Program-made: the position numbers and the translations under genes
In this document: one piece after another, positions 17,717-27,895 of the stretch
Position numbering within the stretch: the stretch's first letter is position 1
How the letters are laid out: every line of letters starts with the position of its first letter
The notes under the pieces: generated by a model
Seen by the model: the letters and a program-made list of their open reading frames with translations, nothing else
Database searches by the model: none
Told to the model about the DNA's origin: nothing
Source of the DNA: a virus
Length of the DNA stretch: 64,000 nt
Direction: 5' to 3' (one strand)
Virus record (IMG/VR): IMGVR_UViG_3300030117_007501
Location: 64,001 to 128,000 of that record

Positions 17717-18560
17717 AAGTTTCTTTTGTTTTCCCGATATGTTCTCTTTTTCCTTTTGAATAAGCCTCAAGCGCCTCCCGGAGAAACAAGATAATATTAT
17801 CATATGTTGTGGATATCGTCATGTGTGTATATATCGTAGAAGCCGCAAAAACATTTCCAACCAACTCGAATCTAGAATTTAAAATAGGGCTCCCGGAACT
17901 ACCCCCGATGGCGGGGATAGTATACATCGATGCACCTATATCAGCCATGTAGCCGCTGTAATGTCCGGATAATATCGGAACTGCCGGTGGATGAAATATT
18001 CCACCCGGCGCCGCTATATTGTAGTACACATCTCCAAGCTCTGGGCCCTTGTTGGCAATTTTAAGAGCTTTTGATTCAGTCATCGATGGCGAGTGAATTA
18101 AGCACAAGTCAACACCTTCATCGAGCTTCATGAAGACTACGTAGGCGTCGTATACTTCGTTGTGGATAGACTTGAGCTTTATAGAGAAATTTAATTCTTG
18201 TATTGCCATTCCTGTTCTGTCAATCCCCTCACTAACATCGCATACATGAGCAGCAGTCAATATGAGGCTTCCTTTCTTCTTGTCGTTTAGAATAACGCTT
18301 CCGGAAGCACTAGATTTAAACGTTGCTCCCTTGATACAAGTGGTTCCGGAAACGGGAGTGCACTTCGAAACAGTGGCGTATTTGATTATTTGAACGAAAG
18401 ACTCAGTAGGGACTCTTTTCTTTTTTGGTAGTATATCCGCAAAGACATCGACTGAAGAATGGCATCCCGTGCAACTACCTGCAAAAATAAGACAAATCAA
18501 AGATGATAGTGTAATGTATTTGATTATTTTTTCAAATTTATTGGTAGTTTTTCCTTCCAC
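17703..18560 (-). CDS. Trypsin-like serine protease with N-terminal membrane anchor/signal
   Basis: ILTAAHVC, DLCLI and GGSSGSPI triad motifs; GTG start 4 nt after TAGTTA; the only clear minus-strand gene. Confidence 0.85.
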   Translation of the reverse strand: MEGKTTNKFEKIIKYITLSSLICLIFAGSCTGCHSSVDVFADILPKKKRVPTESFVQIIKYATVSKCTPVSGTTCIKGATFKSSASGSVILNDKKKGSLILTAAHVCDVSEGIDRTGMAIQELNFSIKLKSIHNEVYDAYVVFMKLDEGVDLCLIHSPSMTESKALKIANKGPELGDVYYNIAAPGGIFHPPAVPILSGHYSGYMADIGASMYTIPAIGGSSGSPILNSRFELVGNVFAASTIYTHMTISTTYDNIILFLREALEAYSKGKREHIGKTKETSSWR

Positions 18561-18852
18561 AATATAACTATAGGTTATAATCATTAAAATATTAATGTTT
18601 TTCTTGACGGAGAGATTAAAAGTGATAGAATTTGTGAAAATATGCATGTTTTTGGTGTCCCCCATTACACTCAGCAACACGCCATGTGAAAAAATTGAAA
18701 AGTATTCCTATACCATTGATTTTATGGAGCAGGAGAGAAAACAAAATTTCAAAAAGAATCATCTAATAAAATTGCCTACTGAGTGGGCTAGAATTGAGAA
18801 AAAGCCAGTTAAAGCCTCTAATTAATATAGATTGGAAAAAAAGAGGTAACAA

Positions 18853-20166
18853 TTGGCAAAATCAACTTACGTCCTCGACACTAGCGTCTACCTAACAGAT
18901 GCAAATGCTATAGAGTCCTTCGCGAACAACGATGTTGTAATACCCCTAAAGGTGTTGGATGAAATCGACATGCACAAGAAGAGACAAGATATGGTAGGTG
19001 TTCAGGCTCGATCGATAATAAGAAAATTAGATAATCTTCGTTCAAAAGGAAATTTAGTAAAAGGAATCAGGCTTGGCAAAGGAAAGGGCATAGTGACTGT
19101 TCGCGGTTATGATCCTTTTGCGCTACCAGACGACTTAGAACTAGATGACTCAGATAACCAAATAATAGCAACGGCATTATCTCAAAAAGCAATTAACGGC
19201 AGAAGAAAAGTCATAGTCGTCTCACGCGATATTAACATGAGAGTAAAATGCGATGCTCTAGGATTACTTTGTGAAGACTACAACATGGAGCAAGTTGTCG
19301 ACACGGCAGACGGGCTTTACGATGGGTTAAAGCACTACTTGGTAGACGATCAGGTTGTCGATACGTTCTACGAAGGTGGTGATGTATTTCTAGATAAAGA
19401 AAAGATTAAAATATTCCCAAATCAGTTTATAATGTTGATATCGAACTCAAACGAGAAAAAAACAGCATTAGCAAGATTTCGAAATTACAACTCTCCCTTG
19501 AAGCCGCTTCAGGACTATTCCAAACGCGGAGTATGGGGCATTCGCCCGAGAAACAAGGAGCAACAGTTCGCTTTAGAATTGTTGATGGATCCCGAGGTGT
19601 TGGTTGTTACTCTTGTCGGTAAAGCTGGGAGCGGAAAAACATTGAAAGCATTGGGTGCGGGATTGGAGCAGGTGTTGGAGCAGCCGACATATCAAAAGAT
19701 ATCAGTCATGAAGCCAGTCGAACCTGTTGGTAAGGACATTGGGTTTCTGCCTGGTACTTTAGAAGAAAAGCTTTTACCATGGTTAGCGCCCATACAAGAC
19801 AACCTACAATTTTTGTTTGCCGACGACAGGGTTACTCTTGAGATGCATGTAGAGGAGGGCAAAATAGAAATAGAAGCCCTAACATACATAAGAGGTAGAT
19901 CAATAGCAAACGCCTATATGATAATAGACGAAGTACAAAACATGACTCAGCATGAGATAAAGACTGTGCTGACACGTGTCGCTGAAGGAACAAAAATAGT
20001 TCTTACCGGCGACGTTGATCAAATAGATAATGTATATGTCAATGCAACCAACAACGCCTTAAGTTATGTTGTGGAAAAATTTAAAGATCAAGAAATAGCA
20101 GGGCACGTCACTTTGCAGAAAGGTGAGCGCTCCCGTGTCGCCTCCATAGCGGCAAAAATACTTTAG
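18853..20166 (+). CDS. phoH: PIN-domain PhoH-family ATPase (PhoH2/YlaK-like)
   Basis: N-terminal YVLDTSV PIN domain; GKAGSGKT, YIRGRS, IIDEVQN and GDVDQID. Confidence 0.92.
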   Translation: MAKSTYVLDTSVYLTDANAIESFANNDVVIPLKVLDEIDMHKKRQDMVGVQARSIIRKLDNLRSKGNLVKGIRLGKGKGIVTVRGYDPFALPDDLELDDSDNQIIATALSQKAINGRRKVIVVSRDINMRVKCDALGLLCEDYNMEQVVDTADGLYDGLKHYLVDDQVVDTFYEGGDVFLDKEKIKIFPNQFIMLISNSNEKKTALARFRNYNSPLKPLQDYSKRGVWGIRPRNKEQQFALELLMDPEVLVVTLVGKAGSGKTLKALGAGLEQVLEQPTYQKISVMKPVEPVGKDIGFLPGTLEEKLLPWLAPIQDNLQFLFADDRVTLEMHVEEGKIEIEALTYIRGRSIANAYMIIDEVQNMTQHEIKTVLTRVAEGTKIVLTGDVDQIDNVYVNATNNALSYVVEKFKDQEIAGHVTLQKGERSRVASIAAKIL

Positions 20167-20177
20167 AAAGGAAAAAC

Positions 20178-20432
20178 ATGAATACTGACGATAATATAAA
20201 CTCTGAACTTAAAGACATTATAGTAGAGTATGTTGGGAAAAAGAAAAATCCCGCAAATGATGAAATAACGGTGGAACTTATAGTCGAAACGATGGCTGAT
20301 GAGTTTCCGGAATTCTTGATGGCTATAGCGGAAGAGAACTGGATACTTGGATACCGCCAGGCTCTTAGTGATGTCGAGCAGGGAGAGAAGCTTTACAAGC
20401 AAAGAAAAAATGAAGAATTATTTGCAGAATAG
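20178..20432 (+). CDS. Hypothetical protein
   Basis: 84-aa ORF with AAAGGA SD. Confidence 0.7.
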   Translation: MNTDDNINSELKDIIVEYVGKKKNPANDEITVELIVETMADEFPEFLMAIAEENWILGYRQALSDVEQGEKLYKQRKNEELFAE

Positions 20433-21075
20433 AAGGAACAGCTTCATAGAGAAGGTTCTGGGCAACACAATTGTGATAGCCAAAGATAAACTTCCCGACA
20501 ATGTTGACATTGACGTCGTGCTGTCAACACTGAAAAAGCTTGTGCCCTTGAGCTTCTTTCGCGATATTGATTCTATATATATAGGACAATTTCAACATCT
20601 GATAGACAGAGAAGTGCACGCTATGTATAGTGACGGCGCAATATACGTAACAAACAATCAGGCTAGCAGCACAGACTTGGTTGAAGACATAATTCATGAA
20701 GTAGCTCACTCTTTGGAGGAGAGCCACACTTCTGAAATATATGGCGATGGGAAGATAGAAAAAGAATTTCTTGCAAAAAGGCAAAAGTTGTATTTTATTT
20801 TAAAAGAAGAGGGGTACAACACTGAGCTAAGTTATTTTTTCGAAACTGAATACACGGAGGAGTTCGACTCTTTCTTATATAAGGAGGTTGGGTATCCGAT
20901 GCTTTCCGCCTTATCAGTTAATCTTTTTTATTCTCCGTATGGGGCAACATCTTTGCGAGAATATTTCGCAAACGGGTTCGAAGCCTTCTTTTATCATCGC
21001 GATGTGCACTATTTAAAAAAGGTGAGTCCAAATTTGTTTGACAAACTGCAAATAATAGCTTATAATAAGGAGTAA
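20410..21075 (+). CDS. Zincin-like metallopeptidase
   Basis: IIHEVAH plus YGATSLREYFA; start moved to ATG 20410. Confidence 0.7.
   Translation: MKNYLQNRRNSFIEKVLGNTIVIAKDKLPDNVDIDVVLSTLKKLVPLSFFRDIDSIYIGQFQHLIDREVHAMYSDGAIYVTNNQASSTDLVEDIIHEVAHSLEESHTSEIYGDGKIEKEFLAKRQKLYFILKEEGYNTELSYFFETEYTEEFDSFLYKEVGYPMLSALSVNLFYSPYGATSLREYFANGFEAFFYHRDVHYLKKVSPNLFDKLQIIAYNKE
21038..21066 (+). promoter_or_regulatory. Perfect sigma70 promoter heading the 21-36 kb operon
   Basis: TTGACA-N17-TATAAT. Confidence 0.85.
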
Positions 21076-21080
21076 ACACG

Positions 21081-21476
21081 ATGAGTAAAACAACAACCAC
21101 TCTAGAGAATGGAACAACAATAGAGATAACAGAGAGTAATAATACCATAACTGTTGAGGCAGAGGTGCCTCGTAGAGCTTTAGCGACACAGGAAAAGGTA
21201 ACTTGCAATAATAGTACGATAACTGAAACTCTTAAAAATGCGGGTATCGAGGTGGGAAGCCTTATATCTGGTACAACTATTTCAAACTCCAAGAGTGATA
21301 CGGAATTAAATGGAAGGTGGACTTTTGAAGCACCAAGAACCACAACAACTACAAAGAAAACAACCACAAAGAAAACAACTACCAAGAGAACAACTCGTAC
21401 AACTGGTGGAACCAAAACAACAAAAGCAAAAAAAGAAGAGGAAGTATCCAAGTCGGGGACGGATAAGTTACTCTGA
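21081..21476 (+). CDS. Hypothetical protein with T/K-rich low-complexity tail
   Basis: TTTTTKKTTTKKTTTKRTTR repeat; AAGGAG SD. Confidence 0.7.
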   Translation: MSKTTTTLENGTTIEITESNNTITVEAEVPRRALATQEKVTCNNSTITETLKNAGIEVGSLISGTTISNSKSDTELNGRWTFEAPRTTTTTKKTTTKKTTTKRTTRTTGGTKTTKAKKEEEVSKSGTDKLL

Positions 21477-22227
21477 ATTAAAAATGTGGAACGACTGTGC
21501 CTTCAAGCACAAGCTGAACTACTTGGACGAAATTCAAACGTTTTTTGGAAATGAATATACAGCTTTCGGAACAGCGATGCACTCTGTATGTGAAAATTTT
21601 CTCTTAGAACAAGAGTTTAATCCAGCAGAGTTTTTTCAGCTAACCTTTCTAGAAGAGTTGTCAAAACTAAAGTCTAAAAATGTCCCTCTTCGGAAAGACA
21701 TGGTTTTAGAAATGAGGCAGCAGGGGCAAAATATATGTGATTATGTAATGCCGGCTGTTAACGATTACTTCGAAGAGTATGAGGTAGTATCAGTTGAAGA
21801 GCAGTTGATGGAAGGCATTGAAGACTTTCAGTCAGAAGGGCTTAAATTTAAGGGATTTATTGACTTGGTGGTAAAAACACCAGATGGTAAATACCATATT
21901 ATTGATTGGAAGTCTTGTAGTTGGGGGTGGGATATGAAACGCAGAAGCGATAGCATCACGACGTACCAGCTTACTTTGTATAAACACTTTTTTGCAAAAA
22001 AACACAACATAGATTTAAAAAACATAGAAACACACTTTGCGTTACTCAAGCGCACAGCGAAAAAAGAAAACGTAGAATTCTTCAGAGTTACAAGTGGGGA
22101 CAGAAAAAGAAATAATGCCTTAAAACTTTTGGAAAAAGCTGTTAAAAATATAAATGAGGAAAATTTCTTTAAAAACAAGATGTCTTGTGCAAGATGCGAT
22201 TACCACAAGACATCCCACTGTCCGTAA
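21310..22227 (+). CDS. PD-(D/E)xK exonuclease, Cas4/AddB-like; start uncertain
   Basis: ISYSEL..C, FGTAMH, GFIDLV, IIDWKS, YQLTLY and C-terminal CxxC...CP (Fe-S-type Cys). Confidence 0.85.
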   Translation: MEGGLLKHQEPQQLQRKQPQRKQLPREQLVQLVEPKQQKQKKKRKYPSRGRISYSELKMWNDCAFKHKLNYLDEIQTFFGNEYTAFGTAMHSVCENFLLEQEFNPAEFFQLTFLEELSKLKSKNVPLRKDMVLEMRQQGQNICDYVMPAVNDYFEEYEVVSVEEQLMEGIEDFQSEGLKFKGFIDLVVKTPDGKYHIIDWKSCSWGWDMKRRSDSITTYQLTLYKHFFAKKHNIDLKNIETHFALLKRTAKKENVEFFRVTSGDRKRNNALKLLEKAVKNINEENFFKNKMSCARCDYHKTSHCP

Positions 22228-22241
22228 CAGCAGGAGAACAA

Positions 22242-23498
22242 ATGACTGACAAAATGAAGATTCTAACTATTTCTGATAATCCATATTCCCCATCTGGAGT
22301 CGGAATGCAGACAAGGTACATGATTGAGGGGCTACTAGATACTGGAAATTATAATTTTATATCTCTCGGAGGAGCGATTCGCCACGCGGATTATCGTCCA
22401 ATAAGGCAAGAGAAGTACGGGGAAGATTGGGTGACGTACCCAGTAGACGAATTCGGAACTCCGGAGGTTATTCGCGCTCTTTTGGCTAATGAGAAGCCGG
22501 ATGCTGTTTGGATTATGACAGATCCAAGGTTTTGGGAGTGGCTCTGGATGATGGAGAATGAAATACGCGCAAACGTTCCTTTGGTGTATTATCACGTATG
22601 GGACAACTATCCTTATCCAAAATTTAATAAGTTTTATTATGATTCGAATGATGTAGTAGTTTCAATAAGTAAATTAACAAATGACATAGTGGCAAATGTA
22701 TCCCCAGGTGTGGAGCTTCACCATATCCCTCATTCGGTACCAACAGATATTTTCTACAAGAGAGAACCAGTGGATTCTCAGGTTTCAGACTTCAAGAAAA
22801 ATATTGGAGATAAGGTGGTTTTCTTTTGGAACAACCGAAATGCCAGAAGGAAGCATAGCGGTACATTGATTTTCTGGTTTAAAGAATTTTTAGATATGGT
22901 GGGCAGGGATAAAGCTATGCTGATTATGCACACAGAGCCCGGCGATCCTCACGGACAGGATTTGGAAGCCATCTTGGGAGAGCTGGGGCTGCTTAATGGG
23001 GAAGTGATGCTTTCCACCGAAAAGGTTGGACTCGAGAAGCTAGCGGATCTCTATAATATAGCAGACTGCACAATTAACATATCGGATGCCGAAGGTTTTG
23101 GTTTGGGTACTTTGGAGTCTCTTGCATGTGAAACTCCAATAATTGTGACTATGACTGGAGGACTGCAAGAGCAGGTTACTGACGGCAGTGAGTGGTTCGG
23201 AGTGGGGCTAGAGCCATCCGCAAAGGCAGTTATAGGCTCACAGCAAGTACCCTATATATACGAAGATAGAGTATCAAAAGAAGACTTTCTGAACGCCATA
23301 AACAAGATATACAGTATGACTGCAGAGGAGAGAGCGGAATTGGGAAGAAAGGGAAGGGAACACGTTTTGACTAACTATGGGTTCGACGACTACAAAAAGA
23401 AGTGGGATGACTTGTTTAAGAGTATAAAAGAGAATCATGGATCTTGGGAAGCTAGAAAGGGATATAAATCATGGGAATTCAAGGAGATAGCAGCATGA
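22242..23498 (+). CDS. GT4 (GT-B) glycosyltransferase
   Basis: SGVG, RRK and EGFGLGTLESLAC (Ex7E). Confidence 0.88.
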   Translation: MTDKMKILTISDNPYSPSGVGMQTRYMIEGLLDTGNYNFISLGGAIRHADYRPIRQEKYGEDWVTYPVDEFGTPEVIRALLANEKPDAVWIMTDPRFWEWLWMMENEIRANVPLVYYHVWDNYPYPKFNKFYYDSNDVVVSISKLTNDIVANVSPGVELHHIPHSVPTDIFYKREPVDSQVSDFKKNIGDKVVFFWNNRNARRKHSGTLIFWFKEFLDMVGRDKAMLIMHTEPGDPHGQDLEAILGELGLLNGEVMLSTEKVGLEKLADLYNIADCTINISDAEGFGLGTLESLACETPIIVTMTGGLQEQVTDGSEWFGVGLEPSAKAVIGSQQVPYIYEDRVSKEDFLNAINKIYSMTAEERAELGRKGREHVLTNYGFDDYKKKWDDLFKSIKENHGSWEARKGYKSWEFKEIAA

Positions 23499-24766
23499 AA
23501 AAAGTATTGATAGAGGGCCCATTGCTGACTCAATCTGGTTATGGTGAACATTCCAGATTCGTTCTTAGGGCACTACAAAAGAGAGGCGATGTAGACTTAT
23601 ACATCCAGCCCTTAGCGTGGGGGACAACTAGTTGGCTATCGGAAGACAACGAAGAAAGAAGAGAGATGGACAAGCTGGTACAGAAGACAAGCAGCTATGT
23701 TATGCAATTTGGAGAAAACCCACAGTATGATGTTCATATTCATGTAGGTATACCCAGCGAGTTCGAAAAGAAAGCGCCGCATGCTATTCATGTAACTGCG
23801 GGAATTGAAACAACAAGAATATCTGATTTGTGGCTGCAGAAAACTTTTGAGATGGATAAGATAATTGTACCGTCTAATCACTCTAAGTGGGCGTTTGAAA
23901 ATACAACTGTTGAGGTGGAGGATAGAGGAAGAAGGTTTGGAGTCACCTGCAAAACGCCAATTGAGGTAGTTCCCTATCCCGCAAAGCAGATAGAGGAAGA
24001 TAAAGACTTCTCTATAGATTTGGATTTTGATTTCAACTTCCTCTCAGTTGCGATGTGGGGCGTTAGAAAGAACATGGAAAACACCATTAAGTGGTTCCTT
24101 GAAGAGTTTAAAGACGAAGAGGTTGGCTTAGTACTCAAGACGGGATTATCAAGAGGTTCCATATTGGACAGGAAGATGACAGAATTCAGAATCCAGAGAA
24201 CTCTCGAAACAGTACCAGATAGAAAGTGCAAGGTGTATCTGCTTCATGGAGACTTAAGCGAGTCAGAAATGACATCTCTCTACAAGCATAAAAACATAAA
24301 AGCGATAATCTCAGCATCCCATGGCGAGGGGTTCGGACTGCCTTTGTTCGAGGCTGCAGTCAATGGCTTGCCTGTACTAGCTCCAGCGTGGAGTGGGCAT
24401 GTTGACTTTCTTACTGCACCCGTCAAGACTACATCTAAAACTAGAAAGGTGAAGGAGAAAGAGTTGTATGCAAAGGTGGAATACACAATTCAGCCGATAC
24501 AGAAAGAGGCTGTGTGGAATGACGTTTTGGTAGATGGTTCTATGTGGTGTTACCCAAGAGAGAAGAGTTTCAAGAATCAGCTAAGGAACGTGTACAAGAA
24601 CCATGGCATGTACAAGTCTTGGGCTAAGAAGCTGCAAAAGCACATTGTTGGCGAGTACGAACAGGAAAAAATACTAGACAAGATGAGTCACACTTTGCTC
24701 GGAGATGAATCAGCTACATCGATAGAGGAGCAGTTGGCTGCGCTAACAATTAGGAAATTTGAATGA
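23495..24766 (+). CDS. GT4 (GT-B) glycosyltransferase
   Basis: SGYG, RKN and GEGFGLPLFEAA. Confidence 0.88.
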   Translation: MKKVLIEGPLLTQSGYGEHSRFVLRALQKRGDVDLYIQPLAWGTTSWLSEDNEERREMDKLVQKTSSYVMQFGENPQYDVHIHVGIPSEFEKKAPHAIHVTAGIETTRISDLWLQKTFEMDKIIVPSNHSKWAFENTTVEVEDRGRRFGVTCKTPIEVVPYPAKQIEEDKDFSIDLDFDFNFLSVAMWGVRKNMENTIKWFLEEFKDEEVGLVLKTGLSRGSILDRKMTEFRIQRTLETVPDRKCKVYLLHGDLSESEMTSLYKHKNIKAIISASHGEGFGLPLFEAAVNGLPVLAPAWSGHVDFLTAPVKTTSKTRKVKEKELYAKVEYTIQPIQKEAVWNDVLVDGSMWCYPREKSFKNQLRNVYKNHGMYKSWAKKLQKHIVGEYEQEKILDKMSHTLLGDESATSIEEQLAALTIRKFE

Positions 24767-26394
24767 ACATCCTTTTTATATCTGATTTTTTTCTTAGAGA
24801 TGGGGTTACTGGCGGCGCCGAGTTGGTTGACGACGAGCTAACTACATTACTGTCGAAAGAGAATGATATCGATATGATAAACAGTTATCTGGTAGACATC
24901 AAACTCTTGGAGTCTGAAAAATATGATTCGATATTGGTGTCTAATTTTGTCAACCTTTCTGAACAATGCAAGGAGTTCCTCTCCTCTAATAAGAATTATT
25001 TTATCATGGAGCATGATCACAAATACTTAAAAAGCAGAAATCCGGCAACATACCACAACTATGAAGCTCCAACGGACGAAGTTGTAAATGTGGAGTTTTA
25101 TAAAAATGCAAAAGCTGTATTTTGCCAGACAAAGATGCACACCGAGCTACTCAGAAAAAATATAATGTTGGACAACATAGTAAATCTTGCCGGAAGCTTG
25201 TGGTCGGAAGAGGAGTTTGAGGTAATAGAGAAATACTCAAACACTGAAAAGGTTAATGAAAATTTGGTAATCTCCAGTGAGAACCCAATAAAGAATACCA
25301 AATTCGCAATACAATATTGTGAGAGATATGATATGCCATACAGTCTGGTGCCTGCTGCTGAGTTTGAAACATTTATCTCTAATTTGTCCACTGGAAAGAC
25401 AGTAGTATTTTTTCCTCTCACTTGTGAGTCTTGCTGTCGCGTGCTGGTTGAAGCTAGGATGCTTGGTTGTTCGGTGCTGACGTCAAATTTGGCAGGAGCA
25501 ACTTCAGAGGAGTGGTTTAAACTTTCTGGCACTGAGTTGATAAACGAAATGCGAGAAAACAAGAAAAGAATTTTAAAGAAAATAACTGATGCAATGAATC
25601 TCTCGAAGGAACACTTTGTTGAGTTTGATATCCCCAAGGTATCGATAATAACTTCCGTCTACAATGGGGACAAATTCATAAGACAGTTCATGGAAGACAT
25701 GACTTCTCAAACCATGTTTCACAATAGCGAATTGATATTGATAGATTGTAATTCCCCCGGCAACGAGAAGAGTGTCATTGACGAGTATTTGGAAAAACAT
25801 GACAACATAATATATGAACGACTGGACAGTGATCCAGGCATATATGGGGCGTGGAACAGGGCAATTGAAATTTCCACAGGAGAGTTGTTGACAAACGCAA
25901 ATCTGGACGACAGAAGAAGCAAAAATCAAATAGAGGAACTAACGCGATCGCTGGTTAATAATCCTGACATTGATTTGGTTTATTCTTCGAATTATATCAC
26001 AACAAGGCAAAACGAAACGTACGAGAATAATTCTTCATCAGGTAGGACGTATGATACTTACGAATTTTCGAAAAGCAATATGGTAAAGTGTCTCCCTGGC
26101 GCAATGCCTGTTTGGAGAAAGAGTATGCACGATAAGGCTGGCAGTTTCGATGAAAGTCTTAAGAGTGCTGGCGACTGGGAAATGTGGCTCCGTGCAGTGG
26201 ACTCTGGATCTAAGTTCAAGAAAGTGCCCGGCGTACATGGGTTGTATTTTATGAATCCCGAGGGAATGTCCACTACGAATGATAAGGAAAAAGCAATAGC
26301 CCGATTCTCAGAGGAGAAGGACGTGTTTTGGAAGTACTCTCATATTTTTGGAAAAGAAAATGTTGAAAAATACAGGAGACACTTCTCTCAATGA
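24763..26394 (+). CDS. Bifunctional glycosyltransferase (GT-B-like N-terminus, GT2 C-terminus)
   Basis: GGAE...ESCCRVLVEAR; VSIITSVYN, IDCNS, NLDD and AGDWEMW. Confidence 0.82.
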   Translation: MNILFISDFFLRDGVTGGAELVDDELTTLLSKENDIDMINSYLVDIKLLESEKYDSILVSNFVNLSEQCKEFLSSNKNYFIMEHDHKYLKSRNPATYHNYEAPTDEVVNVEFYKNAKAVFCQTKMHTELLRKNIMLDNIVNLAGSLWSEEEFEVIEKYSNTEKVNENLVISSENPIKNTKFAIQYCERYDMPYSLVPAAEFETFISNLSTGKTVVFFPLTCESCCRVLVEARMLGCSVLTSNLAGATSEEWFKLSGTELINEMRENKKRILKKITDAMNLSKEHFVEFDIPKVSIITSVYNGDKFIRQFMEDMTSQTMFHNSELILIDCNSPGNEKSVIDEYLEKHDNIIYERLDSDPGIYGAWNRAIEISTGELLTNANLDDRRSKNQIEELTRSLVNNPDIDLVYSSNYITTRQNETYENNSSSGRTYDTYEFSKSNMVKCLPGAMPVWRKSMHDKAGSFDESLKSAGDWEMWLRAVDSGSKFKKVPGVHGLYFMNPEGMSTTNDKEKAIARFSEEKDVFWKYSHIFGKENVEKYRRHFSQ

Positions 26395-27215
26395 TTATTC
26401 ATGCAAATGTACAGGTTAAGAACGAAGAAGTTCTTTTAGAAAAGATATTGCCCATATGGGAGACTTATCCTATAGATAGGTGGGTATTCTTCAACGACGG
26501 CTCCACAGACAATACGTCAAATCTGATAAGAAGCGTGCTGGGTACGAAGGCGCACATCATAGAAGGCGAAAATAAAAAATACAATCCAGCAAAAAACAAG
26601 TCTGAAATGCTCAACTACAGCCGCGAGAGCGATGCCTCTCACGTGGTAGCTCTTGACGCTGATGAATTAATTTCCTCTAATATAGTGAACGAATTTCATA
26701 AAATGGTAGAACTAAGCAGCAAGTATAATATATTGTATTATAGGTTCGAAGCGGTAGGGGACATAAACCACCACAGAGCAGAACCCGCATACGAGAAGAA
26801 TTTTAGGAATTTTATTTTTCCACTCTCGTTCACAGGAGAGTTCACGAATGAAGGCATGTCTGCACACAACCTTAAGAGTCCTCCCGTGTATTTGCCTCCC
26901 ACCCTGACAAGAGATGCAGGAATAATACACTTATCCTCAATTAACAAAGAGCATTATGCACTTAAGAATTTGTGGTATAAGCATAAAGAATACAAAGAAG
27001 AGCTAATGTCAGTCAGCGAGATAAACTCTGCGTACGATAAGTTGATAAATAATTTAGAATTTAACATAGAAGAGACACCGAAAAAAATAACAAAAGGAAT
27101 ATCTTTCGACGCTTCAGTGTTTGAAGAAGTAGCCCGCGCCAAAAGATATAAAGAATATGTTGTTCAAAATTCTGTCCCTGATTTAATAACGTTTGGAAAG
27201 GAATACCTGATATGA
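26391..27215 (+). CDS. GT2-like glycosyltransferase (paralog A)
   Basis: VKNEE, NDGSTD and LDADE. Confidence 0.8.
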   Translation: MIIHANVQVKNEEVLLEKILPIWETYPIDRWVFFNDGSTDNTSNLIRSVLGTKAHIIEGENKKYNPAKNKSEMLNYSRESDASHVVALDADELISSNIVNEFHKMVELSSKYNILYYRFEAVGDINHHRAEPAYEKNFRNFIFPLSFTGEFTNEGMSAHNLKSPPVYLPPTLTRDAGIIHLSSINKEHYALKNLWYKHKEYKEELMSVSEINSAYDKLINNLEFNIEETPKKITKGISFDASVFEEVARAKRYKEYVVQNSVPDLITFGKEYLI

Positions 27216-27895
27216 AAAAAGTTATAAGCTTCAGCCTGTGGGGTAAAAATTCCAGATACACCATCGGCGCAATAAGAAATGCAGAACTGGCACAAAGAAC
27301 ATATCCGGGCTGGGTTTGTAGATTTCATGTTGGGAGAAACACTCCTTATTTAATAGTGGAAAAACTCAAGAGCTTTCAAAATGTGGAAGTAATAGAAAGA
27401 AGCGACGCTTGTGACTGGACTAGTACGCTCTGGAGATTGGAGGATGCTTCAAATCCAGAGATTGACGTAATGATATCTCGAGATACAGACAGTCGTCTAA
27501 CATTGAGAGAGAAGTCGGCAGTAGATGAATGGCTGTCCGGTAGCAGGGGGTTTCATATCATGAGAGATCATCCGTACCATGCAACGCAAATACTGGCGGG
27601 CATGTGGGGAGCCAAAAAGGGCGCAGTCCCCGAAATGAAAGAAATGATACAGGAATATATCAAGGGTGATTTTAAGCAACTTGATCAGAACTTCCTTAAA
27701 GAAAAAATATACCCGCTGGTTAAAGACAACGCGCATGTTCATGACGAGTTTTTTGAGAAAAAGCCATTTCCGTACCCTCGTGACGAAGAGCATTTTGTAG
27801 GGCAGGCATATGCCGGCGATGATAAGATACTGGATGCTGACGGATACTTTCGTGACTACTTGTGGGAGAACTTACTGTATGATTGTCCACGCTAA
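27212..27895 (+). CDS. Glycan-related hypothetical protein with a DxD motif
   Basis: ISFSLWG, SRDTDSR, HIMRDHP and GMWG; located within the GT cluster. Confidence 0.6.
   Translation: MKKVISFSLWGKNSRYTIGAIRNAELAQRTYPGWVCRFHVGRNTPYLIVEKLKSFQNVEVIERSDACDWTSTLWRLEDASNPEIDVMISRDTDSRLTLREKSAVDEWLSGSRGFHIMRDHPYHATQILAGMWGAKKGAVPEMKEMIQEYIKGDFKQLDQNFLKEKIYPLVKDNAHVHDEFFEKKPFPYPRDEEHFVGQAYAGDDKILDADGYFRDYLWENLLYDCPR

Noticed and set aside
21310-22227. CRISPR-Cas system (Cas4)
   Set aside because: No repeat-spacer array or other cas genes were seen; solo Cas4-like nucleases are common in phages
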